Positions 1 to 9,219 of a DNA stretch of 42,299 nucleotides are shown here, piece by piece. The DNA is from Dehalococcoidia bacterium (GTDB lineage Bacteria; Chloroflexota; Dehalococcoidia; GIF9; AB-539-J10), in assembly GCA_046483735.1 (NCBI GenBank), contig JAWOCP010000072.1:1-42299 (forward strand), written 5' to 3'. The position numbers and the translations under genes are program-made. The stretch's first letter is position 1, and the number at the start of each line of letters is the position of its first letter. Below the pieces are notes generated by a model. The model was not told where the DNA came from. It searched no databases and worked only from the letters and a program-made list of their open reading frames with translations.

Positions 1-1
1 C

Positions 2-1327
2 AACCCGATAAGACAGGTGGCCATCTTCGAGGCTGACACCCTCAATAGCTCCTGCCCTGGCTATCATGCCATGCGTAATTCTCGCTCCCTCCATAGCCGG
101 ACCAGCCGCTGCCGAGCACGTCAGCAGTCTCTGGCCGTTGCCGAGGAAAATTTCGCCGTTGGTGCCAAGGTCCACTCCCAGTATGACTTCGTCCTGCTGT
201 TCGGAAACCCCGGAGGTCATAATGAAGGCCAGCAGGTCTCCACCGATGTAGCCGGATTTCATGGGCAGGGTATAGAGCAAGGCCGCCGGATGTAGCTGGA
301 GGCCAACATCCGCGGCATGCACAATCAGCCCGTCGGTCAAAACGGGAGAGAAGGGGGCTTGCGCGATGCCAACGGGCGATAATCCCAGAACAAGATGTTG
401 CATGGTTGTGTTACCGGCGGCGACGGCAACGAAGATATCCTCTGGCTCGATGCCGGCGGTTGTTAACAGGTTTGCCGTAATCTGGTTCAGGTCCTTGAGA
501 ATTAGAGATTGCAGGATTTTCACGCCCCTCGGGTGCTTCTGGCAATACTGGAGCCGGCTGATTACGTCTGGACCATACCTCTTCTGACTATTGAGGCAGG
601 AACTGACGGCAACCTCGCTGCCGTCCGCTAGACTGAAGAGTTTGCCCACCAGTGTGCTGGTACCGAGGTCGAAAACCAGCCCGTACTTGCGGTCTATACG
701 CTCGTCATCCTGCCAGTCCAGTAGACAGTGTTCATGGAGGACCGCCACGCCATGGAATTGGCTTCCATCCAGGCTCTGGCATAGTGCGCGCAGGCAATGA
801 AGCGAGGCTCTCAGGTCTTTGTATTCTGGGCCCAGCCCCAATTTGATTAAGTCCAGGTTCGAAATCCCTTCGTTCTGAATGCTGAAGGGCACGGTAACCA
901 GACGTTTGTCTATCAGGGGCTCGAGCTGCGATGGCGGTATATATGTGCTGGCCGGGATATGGCTGGTGGTGAGGATGTTGAAATACTCCGTGGTGTCCTC
1001 CGCTTCCCCGGTAGAGATTGCCAGGTCTCGATTTGCCCTGGTGCGGCAGGCAAGGCGCATTCCTTGTTCCAGTTCCTCTTCGTCAAGTAACGCCTTTTCT
1101 TCATCTGACGGCTCTTCTATTTCGGAGAGGATTTTTACCCGGCACTTGGCACAGTTTCCCAACCCACCGCACTCCCCTGCCAGCTCCACATCCGTCGACT
1201 GCAAGGCTTCCCAGATAGTCTCCCCGCGGGGAATACGAAACCATTTGTCATCTGGCAAGACATGCAGCCAGACGTATCTCATCCTGCGTTTTCTTTTGTT
1301 CAATCTTTCATTGACTGGAGTATTCAT
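2..1327 (-). CDS. ASKHA-domain (DUF4445/RACo/RamA-like) ATP-dependent corrinoid reactivation protein with N-terminal 2Fe-2S domain; runs off the left edge
   Basis: Not in the ORF track because it has no stop in the window. Manual translation gives MNTPVNE...MRYVWLHV...ECGGLGNCAKCRV...RLACR (2Fe-2S), FDLGTSTL, YGPDVISR, GNTTMQHL, GYIGGD, VDLGTNGEI, CSAAAGPAMEG. GGAG RBS before ATG 1327; alternative ATG at 1282. Confidence 0.9.
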   Translation of the reverse strand, partial: MNTPVNERLNKRKRRMRYVWLHVLPDDKWFRIPRGETIWEALQSTDVELAGECGGLGNCAKCRVKILSEIEEPSDEEKALLDEEELEQGMRLACRTRANRDLAISTGEAEDTTEYFNILTTSHIPASTYIPPSQLEPLIDKRLVTVPFSIQNEGISNLDLIKLGLGPEYKDLRASLHCLRALCQSLDGSQFHGVAVLHEHCLLDWQDDERIDRKYGLVFDLGTSTLVGKLFSLADGSEVAVSSCLNSQKRYGPDVISRLQYCQKHPRGVKILQSLILKDLNQITANLLTTAGIEPEDIFVAVAAGNTTMQHLVLGLSPVGIAQAPFSPVLTDGLIVHAADVGLQLHPAALLYTLPMKSGYIGGDLLAFIMTSGVSEQQDEVILGVDLGTNGEIFLGNGQRLLTCSAAAGPAMEGARITHGMIARAGAIEGVSLEDGHLSYRV

Positions 1328-1448
1328 GTTAACTCCAGAGCTCAGGGCATTGTCCGGCTTGCGGGCACGAAACATAATTCAATATACACCAAACTGTAAA
1401 TCTGTGAAATCTCTACCGGCTTCAGTCCTGGACTGCGCATGTTCTGCA

Positions 1449-2045
1449 CTAGAGTAGAGCGGCCAGCATCTTGTCCAGGTATGAGTAATCTGCATCTCCA
1501 ACCCGCAGAGACAGCCCCAGGAATTCAGCTACTTCGTCAGCCTGCGGCATAAGGTCCGGGTCAGCCGGTTGCCGTATATAGAGCAGTCTTTGATACTGCC
1601 CAAAGCAGGATGCTCTCATTTCCTCGTCCCTCAGTTCCAGGGGCCTCACGCAATATTCCTCGAAGTTAAGCAGGAGATCCTTCTCAACGAAATAAGTTCC
1701 CGCCGTCTCGTCAATAAGCTGCTGGAATCGCTCCTTGCCCAGCAGCATCTCATAACAGTAATGCCCCGGCACCTTGAACACTTCGTTTTGCCGGCAGAAA
1801 TCATCGATCTCGGTGAAACACTCGCCGTAGACACAAATGATTCGTTCGTCGTTCTTCTTCGCCGATGTAATCGCTTTCTTGAGACGCCTTCTCAACTCCT
1901 GCGGTTTCAAATGGAGATAGGATGGCAAATATGTCAGACGCAGGTCAGGGTATCTGTCCTCCAGTTCAATAGCATCGAAGGCCGGTTTGAAGACGGCACA
2001 AGCGATGATGCGTGTGATTGTTGCGGTCTTATTAGCAGTTGTCAT
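1449..2045 (-). CDS. DUF1638-like protein, commonly associated with corrinoid methyltransferase clusters
   Basis: Motifs IIAC, LPSYLHLKP, VYGEC, HYCYEMLLG, GTYF; lies between MttB and the ASKHA activator. Confidence 0.75.
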   Translation of the reverse strand: MTTANKTATITRIIACAVFKPAFDAIELEDRYPDLRLTYLPSYLHLKPQELRRRLKKAITSAKKNDERIICVYGECFTEIDDFCRQNEVFKVPGHYCYEMLLGKERFQQLIDETAGTYFVEKDLLLNFEEYCVRPLELRDEEMRASCFGQYQRLLYIRQPADPDLMPQADEVAEFLGLSLRVGDADYSYLDKMLAALL

Positions 2046-2046
2046 C

Positions 2047-3483
2047 TCAGAAATTCTGTATGCCAGGATAGGTTTTCACTATCTCAGCAATCAAGCCTGA
2101 GTCAAGAATACCGTCTCTATTCTCCCTCAGGATGCTCCGCACCACATCACTGGCACGGCTCAACATATCGGGGCGGCCTCTTTCTTCCCAGACATCGAAG
2201 TTATAGCGCACGCTCAGCTCGGGATAGAAGAACTCGTCCATCATATGCTCAACAGTATGGTCCTCCATGACATAGTTCCCGCCGGGACCTACTTTCTCGA
2301 TTACATCGAAGCCCAGGGTCTTCTGGGTAACCTTAATACCCGCCAGTAGCCTGTGAATTATGGCAATGATTTCGTTATCGATGACATACTGTTCATAGGA
2401 AATGGAGTTTCCCGAGTCCAGTATTCCCGCTGCCAGACGAACGCAGTCTGCGCCGGCCATGGCCACCATCAAATTAGAAATGCTTTTTTCAATACCCGCC
2501 TGTATGTCGGGCCTTTTCGCCTCAGTAAGCCCCCCCGAGACGTAAACAGGCAAATGGTAGCGTTTTGCCAGCTGGACTGCGGCAGCATTCATCATTGCCA
2601 TTTCTACTGAGCCTACGGCTAATTCCATTCTCCGCAAATCCATGGTCATGGGTACTGCACTGTAGATTACCTTGGCTCCCGGACTCAGTACCTGGGCCAT
2701 GGCCACCCCCGCCAGTGCTTCGGCATGCATCTGGGCCAGCGTACCGGCTAAACTGGCTGGTGCGGTGGCTCCGGCAATAGGCGCCGGCGCGCAGGTAACC
2801 GGAATACCGTGTGTAGTGCAAAACTGGAGGACGTTCAATGTGTTCAGTTCAATGGTGAGAGGGCTTATCGGGTTGGTGATTACAGAAACGAAGGGCTTCT
2901 CCCTGAGTCTGTCCTCGCCCCCGGCAATTAAGCTGGCTATTTGCCGCATTTGCCGGACGCCTTCCAGATTGTCACAGCCACCCATCACGTGCTTCGTGGT
3001 ATGGTTGAAGGCATGATAGAAGTCGTTCAAATGGTAGTTTTGAGCTGGCAAATCATGAACCTGGCAGGCGATGACGTAGAAACGAATGTGGTCCAGATGT
3101 TGCACCAGGGTGGCGGTGTTCGCCACATCCCTGAGCATGGTCAGACGGTAACCACCGGTCCTCATATCGAGGATACGGAAGACCCGCCCCCCGTTGGCGA
3201 AGTGAACGCTGCCGTTCCCTAAAGCCAGGTCATTCTTGCCATCTCGGGAATAGAGCGTAAAATGGGACGGAGCATGACCCAGGACCTCGTCAAGCCATTC
3301 CCCGCCGAATCGTACCCTCTGTTCCTCATAATCAACCCGGGCTCCTGCTTTCTTGAATGCATCCAGAAAAGTGCTGTCGTTGATCCTGACGCCGATGCGC
3401 TCCAGTATCCGGCGTCCGGTCCGGTCGATTTGTTCTATATCCGCACGTGTCGGTGGTCTGTAATGCGGTAGACCTGTTCCCAT
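2047..3483 (-). CDS. mttB: Trimethylamine methyltransferase (MttB) superfamily, non-pyrrolysine
   Basis: TNPISPL, AGATAPASLAGTLAQ, GSVE, TEAKRPDIQAGIEK, AGILDSG, EQYVIDNE, VGPGGNY. Start moved to ATG 3483 (MGTGLPHY) because the 3789 start overlaps the upstream gene. No in-frame TAG. Confidence 0.9.
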   Translation of the reverse strand: MGTGLPHYRPPTRADIEQIDRTGRRILERIGVRINDSTFLDAFKKAGARVDYEEQRVRFGGEWLDEVLGHAPSHFTLYSRDGKNDLALGNGSVHFANGGRVFRILDMRTGGYRLTMLRDVANTATLVQHLDHIRFYVIACQVHDLPAQNYHLNDFYHAFNHTTKHVMGGCDNLEGVRQMRQIASLIAGGEDRLREKPFVSVITNPISPLTIELNTLNVLQFCTTHGIPVTCAPAPIAGATAPASLAGTLAQMHAEALAGVAMAQVLSPGAKVIYSAVPMTMDLRRMELAVGSVEMAMMNAAAVQLAKRYHLPVYVSGGLTEAKRPDIQAGIEKSISNLMVAMAGADCVRLAAGILDSGNSISYEQYVIDNEIIAIIHRLLAGIKVTQKTLGFDVIEKVGPGGNYVMEDHTVEHMMDEFFYPELSVRYNFDVWEERGRPDMLSRASDVVRSILRENRDGILDSGLIAEIVKTYPGIQNF

Positions 3484-3499
3484 AGTCGAATTCTCCTGG

Positions 3500-4948
3500 T
3501 CACCTCGCTCGAACAATTCGTTCGATTTCTTGGAGGACCTTGTCCGGCTTGGCTGCCACCTGGTGCTCCATAAGTATTCTCTTTGCCTCTGCGTTGCACC
3601 GCTGGCAGAGTTCCTTAGCCCCTGCCCCTTGCCATGAATCGTAGCGGGAGCGGTCCAGAAGCCTTGGCAGAAACTGGGCCTCCATGAAATGCTCGAAGGT
3701 GTGGTCATCCATGAGAAAAATAGAACCGGGACCACCGGACGCCACCCGTTCGATTGCTTCGAGTGCCAGTGTTTCCTTGTTGACCGCAATACCCCGGGCG
3801 AAGAAACGGCTCATTGCTACCAGTTCGTCGGCCATCGTCACCATCTCAAGCGAAGAGGTGCTTCCGTATTCCAGGAAGCCCACATCGTGAATCAGGTTAG
3901 CTCCGGAGAGCAGGGCAGTGATGATGGAAAACATGGCCTCCGCCCCGGCCTGGGCGTCCATAACCTTGGCGTCGGAAGCGCCGGCAAATGCCCATACGGG
4001 CAGGCCGTAGATTTCATCACGCATGTCGGCAAGTGCTGCCTGGGTGAGACTCCATTCGGGGCCGCCGTACGAGACGACAGTGGATTTCATATCGAGAACA
4101 CTGACGTTGGGGCCGAACAAGAATGGTGCACCTTTGCTGGCCGACTGGTGCACGGTGAGTCCGACCAGGTTTTCGGCGATCCCCATGGCCATGGCCCCGG
4201 CCAGCGTAACCGGCGCTCCGCCACCGGCGTTAGAACCGGAAGGAAGGCAAACGGGGATTCTGTGTTCGGCGCAAAAAATGAGCTTCTCCATCACGTTTTG
4301 CGGGAAACGCAACGGGCTGATGGCCTCCGAGTAGTTGAGCAGAAACGGCTTCTGCTGAAGGTTCTCTTCGCCTGACGCTACCTGGCAGGCAATCTCATGT
4401 ATCCTGGCGATGTCTTTGCCGCTGTCGGCAATGAATACAATCGGTTTAGTGGTGTTCCTGACCATCTCGGCGAAAACGTGCACGTATATTTCTTCGACCG
4501 GCACGTCTTCCGGGTTAGCCATAGACATGGCAAACACCATGTTCTCCAGTCCGTCCACCAGCCGGGCGAAATTGGCGACGTCTGTCAGGACCGTCCGACG
4601 ACGCTGGCCGGTCTCCAGGTCCAGGGTAAACGTGGCGTCAGAACCGGTGCCGTAGAATGAGTTGCCATCCGCCAGACACATCGCTTCATTACCGTGCTGG
4701 TCATAGAGGTCGATTTGCCGGGGGGCTGATTTCATGGCTTCTTCGACTGCCCTGGCAGGGAGCTTGAGCCAGTCACCGTCGGTAACCGTAGCTCCAGCGT
4801 CGACCAGCATTCTCAGCGCACCGGGATGCTCCATCTTGAAGCCGGTCTTTTCCAGTATCTCTAATGCGGCTGCGTGGATTGCCCATGCCTGCTCACGGTT
4901 CAGGACTTTCAGCCGGGGTTGAAAGGTAGCTGCTTCCAATGGTTTCAT
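3500..4948 (-). CDS. mttB: Second MttB-superfamily methyltransferase, non-pyrrolysine
   Basis: IHAAALEILEKTG, YSEAISPL, GGGAPVTLAGA, YGGPE, SDAKVMDAQAGAE, LIHDVGFLE. GGGAG RBS. Confidence 0.92.
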   Translation of the reverse strand: MKPLEAATFQPRLKVLNREQAWAIHAAALEILEKTGFKMEHPGALRMLVDAGATVTDGDWLKLPARAVEEAMKSAPRQIDLYDQHGNEAMCLADGNSFYGTGSDATFTLDLETGQRRRTVLTDVANFARLVDGLENMVFAMSMANPEDVPVEEIYVHVFAEMVRNTTKPIVFIADSGKDIARIHEIACQVASGEENLQQKPFLLNYSEAISPLRFPQNVMEKLIFCAEHRIPVCLPSGSNAGGGAPVTLAGAMAMGIAENLVGLTVHQSASKGAPFLFGPNVSVLDMKSTVVSYGGPEWSLTQAALADMRDEIYGLPVWAFAGASDAKVMDAQAGAEAMFSIITALLSGANLIHDVGFLEYGSTSSLEMVTMADELVAMSRFFARGIAVNKETLALEAIERVASGGPGSIFLMDDHTFEHFMEAQFLPRLLDRSRYDSWQGAGAKELCQRCNAEAKRILMEHQVAAKPDKVLQEIERIVRAR

Positions 4949-4969
4949 ACTAAACTCCCTGCATTTCTC

Positions 4970-5608
4970 TCAGGAAATGCCCAGTAACTCCTTGGCCTTA
5001 ATCACAGCAGAGCCGGCATCGGAGGCGTAAGAGTCGGCGCCGATTTTCTGGGCATACTTCTCGGTAACCGGTGCTCCCCCAATCATTATCTTGACCTTCT
5101 TCCTGATTCCGGCTTCCTGTAGAGCGTCGATGGTATCGGCCATGGCTGGCATGGTAGTGGAAAGTAGCGCGGACATGCCCACGATATCCGGTGCCACCTC
5201 TTTCGTTTTTTCGACAAAATTCTGGGGAGGAACGTCCACGCCCAGGTCTACGATTGTGAATCCGGCGCCCTCCATCATCATGGAAACGAGGTTCTTGCCG
5301 ATATCGTGCAAATCACCCTTGACGGTGCCCATCAACACCGTTCCCTTGGAAGTAACGTCGCCCTCTTGAAAATATGGTTTGAGCAGCTTGGTGCATTCTT
5401 GCATTGTCCTGGCAGAGCGCAACATCTGGGGGACAAATATCAGCCCCCTGGAAAATCTATCGCCCACTTCGTTCATGGTGGCAATGAGTCCCTTATCGAG
5501 AATCTGTTGAGCACTTACGCCTGCATCCAGGGCGCTCTGCGTTTCGGCCACCGCTTTGTTGATGTCTCCCTTGCTAATAGCTTCAGACAATACCTTGAAG
5601 TCGCTCAT
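4970..5608 (-). CDS. Cobalamin-binding corrinoid protein (MttC/MtbC-like)
   Basis: GTVKGDLHDIGKNLV (DxHxxG), SALLSTT, IMIGGAP. AGGAGG RBS before ATG 5608 (MSDFK). Confidence 0.93.
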   Translation of the reverse strand: MSDFKVLSEAISKGDINKAVAETQSALDAGVSAQQILDKGLIATMNEVGDRFSRGLIFVPQMLRSARTMQECTKLLKPYFQEGDVTSKGTVLMGTVKGDLHDIGKNLVSMMMEGAGFTIVDLGVDVPPQNFVEKTKEVAPDIVGMSALLSTTMPAMADTIDALQEAGIRKKVKIMIGGAPVTEKYAQKIGADSYASDAGSAVIKAKELLGIS

Positions 5609-5657
5609 TTTCAACCTCCTTACGCTGATTCTCAATCAAGTCCTGATTACAGGACTA

Positions 5658-6455
5658 TCATCCAACCATATGGCCGCTTTGATAGGCGTCAATGAAATTC
5701 CCGCAGTATTCATCCCGTCCCAGGAGCATCTCCACCGTAAGCAAGGTGGCCGTGAGTTGCTTATCGGTGGGGTCCAGGATAACCGCAGAGAGGCCATAGG
5801 CAATACAGAGAGCCAGAAAGTTGCGGTTGATCAGATGGCGTTGCGGGAGACCGAAGGAAATATTGGAGAGGCCACAGATGGTGTTCACGCCCGGGAAATC
5901 GCCCATTATCTTCCTGATGGCTCCCAGGGCGGCGATTCCCATGTCGGTGTTCACGGAAACAGGCTGTATCAGAGGATCTACATAAAGCTTCTCACGGGGA
6001 AACCCTGCGGCGGTAAGCTTATCGATAAGTTCCGAGCCAACCTCGACTCTTTCTTCCGTGGTGATGGGCATTGCTGTTCTAGCCATGCAAAGGGCAACCA
6101 CAGAGCAAGGCTGACGGGTAATGACCGGCAGAAGTGAGTGAAAGCGTTCCTCTTCCAGGGAAATAGAGTTAACCATCGGCTCGCCCTTGTGCAGCTTCAT
6201 TGCTTCGGATAGGGCTTTGGGATTGGGACTATCCAGGCTCAAGGGCAGAGCAACTTCCTCCTGTACCGTCTCGGTCAACCAGCACAGGCAATCAACTTCC
6301 TGGTCGAGGAAAGTGCCGGCGTTTATGTCGATGTAGTGAGCCCCGGCCTCAGCTTGCTCGCGTGCCATCCTGGCGATAAAGGCGGCATCCCGGTTCCTCA
6401 CCGCGTCTTCGACATTCTTTCGGCTGGTGTTTATCTTCTCACCGACGATGACCAT
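5658..6455 (-). CDS. Methyltetrahydrofolate:corrinoid methyltransferase (AcsE/MtgA-like, pterin-binding)
   Basis: IVGEKIN, YIDINAG, LSLDSPNP, NSISLE, YVDPL, CGLSNISFGLPQR, AVILDP. Confidence 0.9.
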   Translation of the reverse strand: MVIVGEKINTSRKNVEDAVRNRDAAFIARMAREQAEAGAHYIDINAGTFLDQEVDCLCWLTETVQEEVALPLSLDSPNPKALSEAMKLHKGEPMVNSISLEEERFHSLLPVITRQPCSVVALCMARTAMPITTEERVEVGSELIDKLTAAGFPREKLYVDPLIQPVSVNTDMGIAALGAIRKIMGDFPGVNTICGLSNISFGLPQRHLINRNFLALCIAYGLSAVILDPTDKQLTATLLTVEMLLGRDEYCGNFIDAYQSGHMVG

Positions 6456-6607
6456 GGTTCATCTCTCCTTCATCAGGCTGATACCGCCAGCCGGTGTGTC
6501 CACCCACGCCTGGCTCACGCCAGTTCCAAACACAGACGAAAACAGACGCAGAGCCTAATTGTAGCAATCAACGATGACGGTGTGCAACGATAACTGATAC
6601 TAAAAGG

Positions 6608-7741
6608 TCATAATTGCGGCATTCCCACCATGTCCCTGGCATGGACATGCATCCATTCTCCGACTCGCAAGCCTTCTTCGATTAGCTGCAAGACCTTTCC
6701 TTTTTCTTCCGGGAGTTTGTATCCTTCGTAGTCTTGCGTGAACAGAAGCCGGCCGGCTTTGTTATGCCAGGCATTCCTCATGTGGTCGAAACACAGGCGA
6801 GATGTAACCGTCAAAGCGGCAACCATGGTTCTGAGCTCTCTCAGGAGCTCGTGGGGTGATGATAGCTGGAATTCGCCCCTTTGGTATTCCTCGAATGCAG
6901 GTGTATTGGGCCTGGGCACGAAGGGGCGCAGCCTGATGTAGTGTGGGTCGATTTCGTTAAGCACTCGCGCAGTGTTCTTTGCGTGCTGCTCGGCTTTGAT
7001 GCGGCCTCCCAGACCGGGCATTACGTAGGCCGAGAACTCAAAACCAGCCTCCTTGGCTTTCTTTCCTGCCGTGATGTGTTCTTCAGCAGTCACACCTTTA
7101 TCGTAATGTCTCAGCAGTTCATCATCACCGGACTCCAGGCCAACGTGCAATCTGTTCAAGCCGGCGGCCCTGATGTCCTTCAGTTCGTCCAGGCTCTTGT
7201 GGCAAATGGTCTTGGACCTGGCGTAACAAGTAATCCTCTGCACACTCGGAAAAGTCTCCTTCAAGTACCTGACCACTTCGATTAGGTCAGGAGTTCGCAT
7301 GATAAGCGAGTCAGCATCTTGTAGAAATACAGTGCCTCCACCGGCGCTTAACCACTCGAATACCGTAAGAAAACTATAACTCCGGCGCAGTTCCGGTTCT
7401 CCCTCGAGTATCCTTGTCCCGACCGCACTGTTTATCTGGCCGGCGTACCCAAGCTGCCAGGATACCTGTGTGAGCTCATCGGCGATCACCTTGACTGCCT
7501 GGATATCCTGCTTGATTTCCTCCACCGTTCTCAACTGGAACTTCTCACGGTTATAGGGCGTACCGTAACAAAACTTACACCGACTCCAGGGGCAATTCCG
7601 GGTTACCCGGAGCAGCAGAGAGTAACTTCCGCCTTCGCTGGGCGGTCTGATAGCGCCAATTTCGAAAGAACATGCGCTCAATTCTCTCATCTTGCCTCCC
7701 TGTTCCTCCCCACTACCTGCGGGGTAACTCTTGTCATCCAA
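6608..7741 (-). CDS. Radical SAM protein
   Basis: IRPPSE...RVTRNCPWSRCKFC (CxxxxCxxC), FLQDADSL, HVGLESG, YVMPGLGG. Start is either TTG 7741 or ATG 7690; both have a GGAGG RBS. Confidence 0.88.
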   Translation of the reverse strand: MDDKSYPAGSGEEQGGKMRELSACSFEIGAIRPPSEGGSYSLLLRVTRNCPWSRCKFCYGTPYNREKFQLRTVEEIKQDIQAVKVIADELTQVSWQLGYAGQINSAVGTRILEGEPELRRSYSFLTVFEWLSAGGGTVFLQDADSLIMRTPDLIEVVRYLKETFPSVQRITCYARSKTICHKSLDELKDIRAAGLNRLHVGLESGDDELLRHYDKGVTAEEHITAGKKAKEAGFEFSAYVMPGLGGRIKAEQHAKNTARVLNEIDPHYIRLRPFVPRPNTPAFEEYQRGEFQLSSPHELLRELRTMVAALTVTSRLCFDHMRNAWHNKAGRLLFTQDYEGYKLPEEKGKVLQLIEEGLRVGEWMHVHARDMVGMPQL

Positions 7742-7774
7742 TGTTGCTGCCTCCCTTTATTGGTTAAGCTGTCT

Positions 7775-7980
7775 AGTTTTGATTTTTCCATTCAATTCTA
7801 GCCATTTTGTCCCGACAAGTCGGGGCTTTCACCTCCAACATCCCCCCTTAAAATACGGGGGATAAAGGGGGGTTATCTCCTTATTCATAACTCCCCTGAC
7901 CCCTCTTATCTTAAGAGGGGTAATCGGCGGATGAACTTGCCCGTTATGAGCGAGCCCAGTAAATTGGGCAACTACATTTT
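7775..7980. repeat. Composite palindromic REP/MITE-like element, copy 1
   Basis: Homologous to about 22105..22369 (shared ccgacaagt, ttcacctcc, ggttatctccttattcataactcccctg, atcttaagagggg, cgagccc..gggcaactac). Several hairpins; GTAG+palindrome on the minus strand at 7954..7975. Confidence 0.85.
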
Positions 7981-8043
7981 TCAACAGCCTCATTACGCTG
8001 TCCTGGCAGTTATTATTATGCACCGTGCAGCAGCGTTATCAAG

Positions 8044-8676
8044 TTACCTGAGAAAAGGATTGTCCCGCCGCTCCCGGCCGATGCTGGTCTTCGGTCCGTG
8101 CCCGGGCAGGACAATTGTCTGTTCCGGCAGGACCAGTAACTTGGCACGTATGGCGGAGGTCAGCAGATCGTAGTCACCACCGGGGCCGTCGGTCCGGCCG
8201 ATGCTCATATTGAACAGTGCGTCCCCGGTAAAGGCAACCCCGTGTCCCACAAGGCATATGCCGCCGGCGCTGTGGCCCGGAGTGTGCAACACCTGAAATG
8301 TCAGGTCGCCAACGAAGATAGAATCGCCATCTTCGAGCAGTCTGTCTGGCGGCGGCGGCTGCTTGAAAGCCGGGTCAAAGGCACTGAATTGACGGAAGTC
8401 ATAACGCTGTATCATCTCAGCCTCGGCTATATGGACGGCAAAGCTTGCTCCGGTATGTTCTACGATATCTCGAACGGCTCCCAGGTGGTCCGGATGGGTG
8501 TGAGTAAGCACAATCAGGCCTACCTTGAGCCCCAGTTCACGTATGTTGCTCAGGATTCTGGGAGCATCTCCCGCCGGGTCAATGACCATACCGTCCCGGG
8601 TCCGTTCCGACGCAACGAGGTAACAGTTTGTCCCGAAGGGCATTATCTCAAGTGTTCTGTAAATCATTTTTGCCAT
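8044..8676 (-). CDS. MBL-fold metallo-hydrolase (glyoxalase II/YcbL-like)
   Basis: TNCYLV, IDPAG, THTHPDHLGA, HTPGHSAG, FTGD, PGHG. GGAGG RBS before ATG 8676. Confidence 0.9.
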   Translation of the reverse strand: MAKMIYRTLEIMPFGTNCYLVASERTRDGMVIDPAGDAPRILSNIRELGLKVGLIVLTHTHPDHLGAVRDIVEHTGASFAVHIAEAEMIQRYDFRQFSAFDPAFKQPPPPDRLLEDGDSIFVGDLTFQVLHTPGHSAGGICLVGHGVAFTGDALFNMSIGRTDGPGGDYDLLTSAIRAKLLVLPEQTIVLPGHGPKTSIGRERRDNPFLR

Positions 8677-8781
8677 GGGGGACCTCCATGAAATCGGATT
8701 GCCATATTCCAGCGCTGCCGTCAGGACACGGCCCTTCATATATGGTTCGTAAGGTGGACCGAGAACTCCGGCCAGCGCATT

Positions 8782-9039
8782 TCAGAGTTCACGAAGTTCT
8801 ACCTGCGTGGCGCCTATACCCCCATGATAGCGGTCGGCCGGTCTATGAGCCTTGACCAGAGGGTGCTTTGACAGGTAACGGCCGACTTGCTGGCGCAGTA
8901 CGCCTGAGCCCTTGCCGTGAACAACCAGAACGCGATATAACCCGGCCCGAAATGCTGCGTACAGGAAATCATCGAGCCTGGGAAGGGCCTCCTCCACAGT
9001 CAGGCGATGTAAATCTATTTCTTCTTCAATCGGAATCAT
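8782..9039 (-). CDS. Stand-alone Smr/MutS2 C-terminal domain protein
   Basis: IDLH, VEEA, VVHGKGSGVLR, GGIGATQV. Confidence 0.88.
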   Translation of the reverse strand: MIPIEEEIDLHRLTVEEALPRLDDFLYAAFRAGLYRVLVVHGKGSGVLRQQVGRYLSKHPLVKAHRPADRYHGGIGATQVELREL

Positions 9040-9219
9040 CTGTCAATTACCGGACGAAGGCAAAGTCCGCAGCTTCTCGGCCGGACAGATTATACCATTG
9101 TTTCATGCCGGTTATCCGTGGATTCGTTCAGTCCGGCGCCCACAGAGTTCAAACAATGGCGACACATTAAGATGACAGGTGTAGCGCCCGGCACGAAAAG
9201 ACGGGATGCCGGACGAGCA

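Noticed and set aside
3484-3789. N-terminal 101-aa extension of ORF 2047..3789
   Set aside because: It overlaps the upstream MttB in another frame; family-like sequence starts near ATG 3483.
2047-4948. Pyrrolysine recoding in the MttB genes
   Set aside because: Both frames are open with no in-frame TAG; Leu and Ala occupy the apparent Pyl position.
7829-8023. Short ORFs 7829..8023 and 22096..22299 sharing GVMNKEIT
   Set aside because: The similarity comes from the non-coding repeat, and the frames are not conserved along it.
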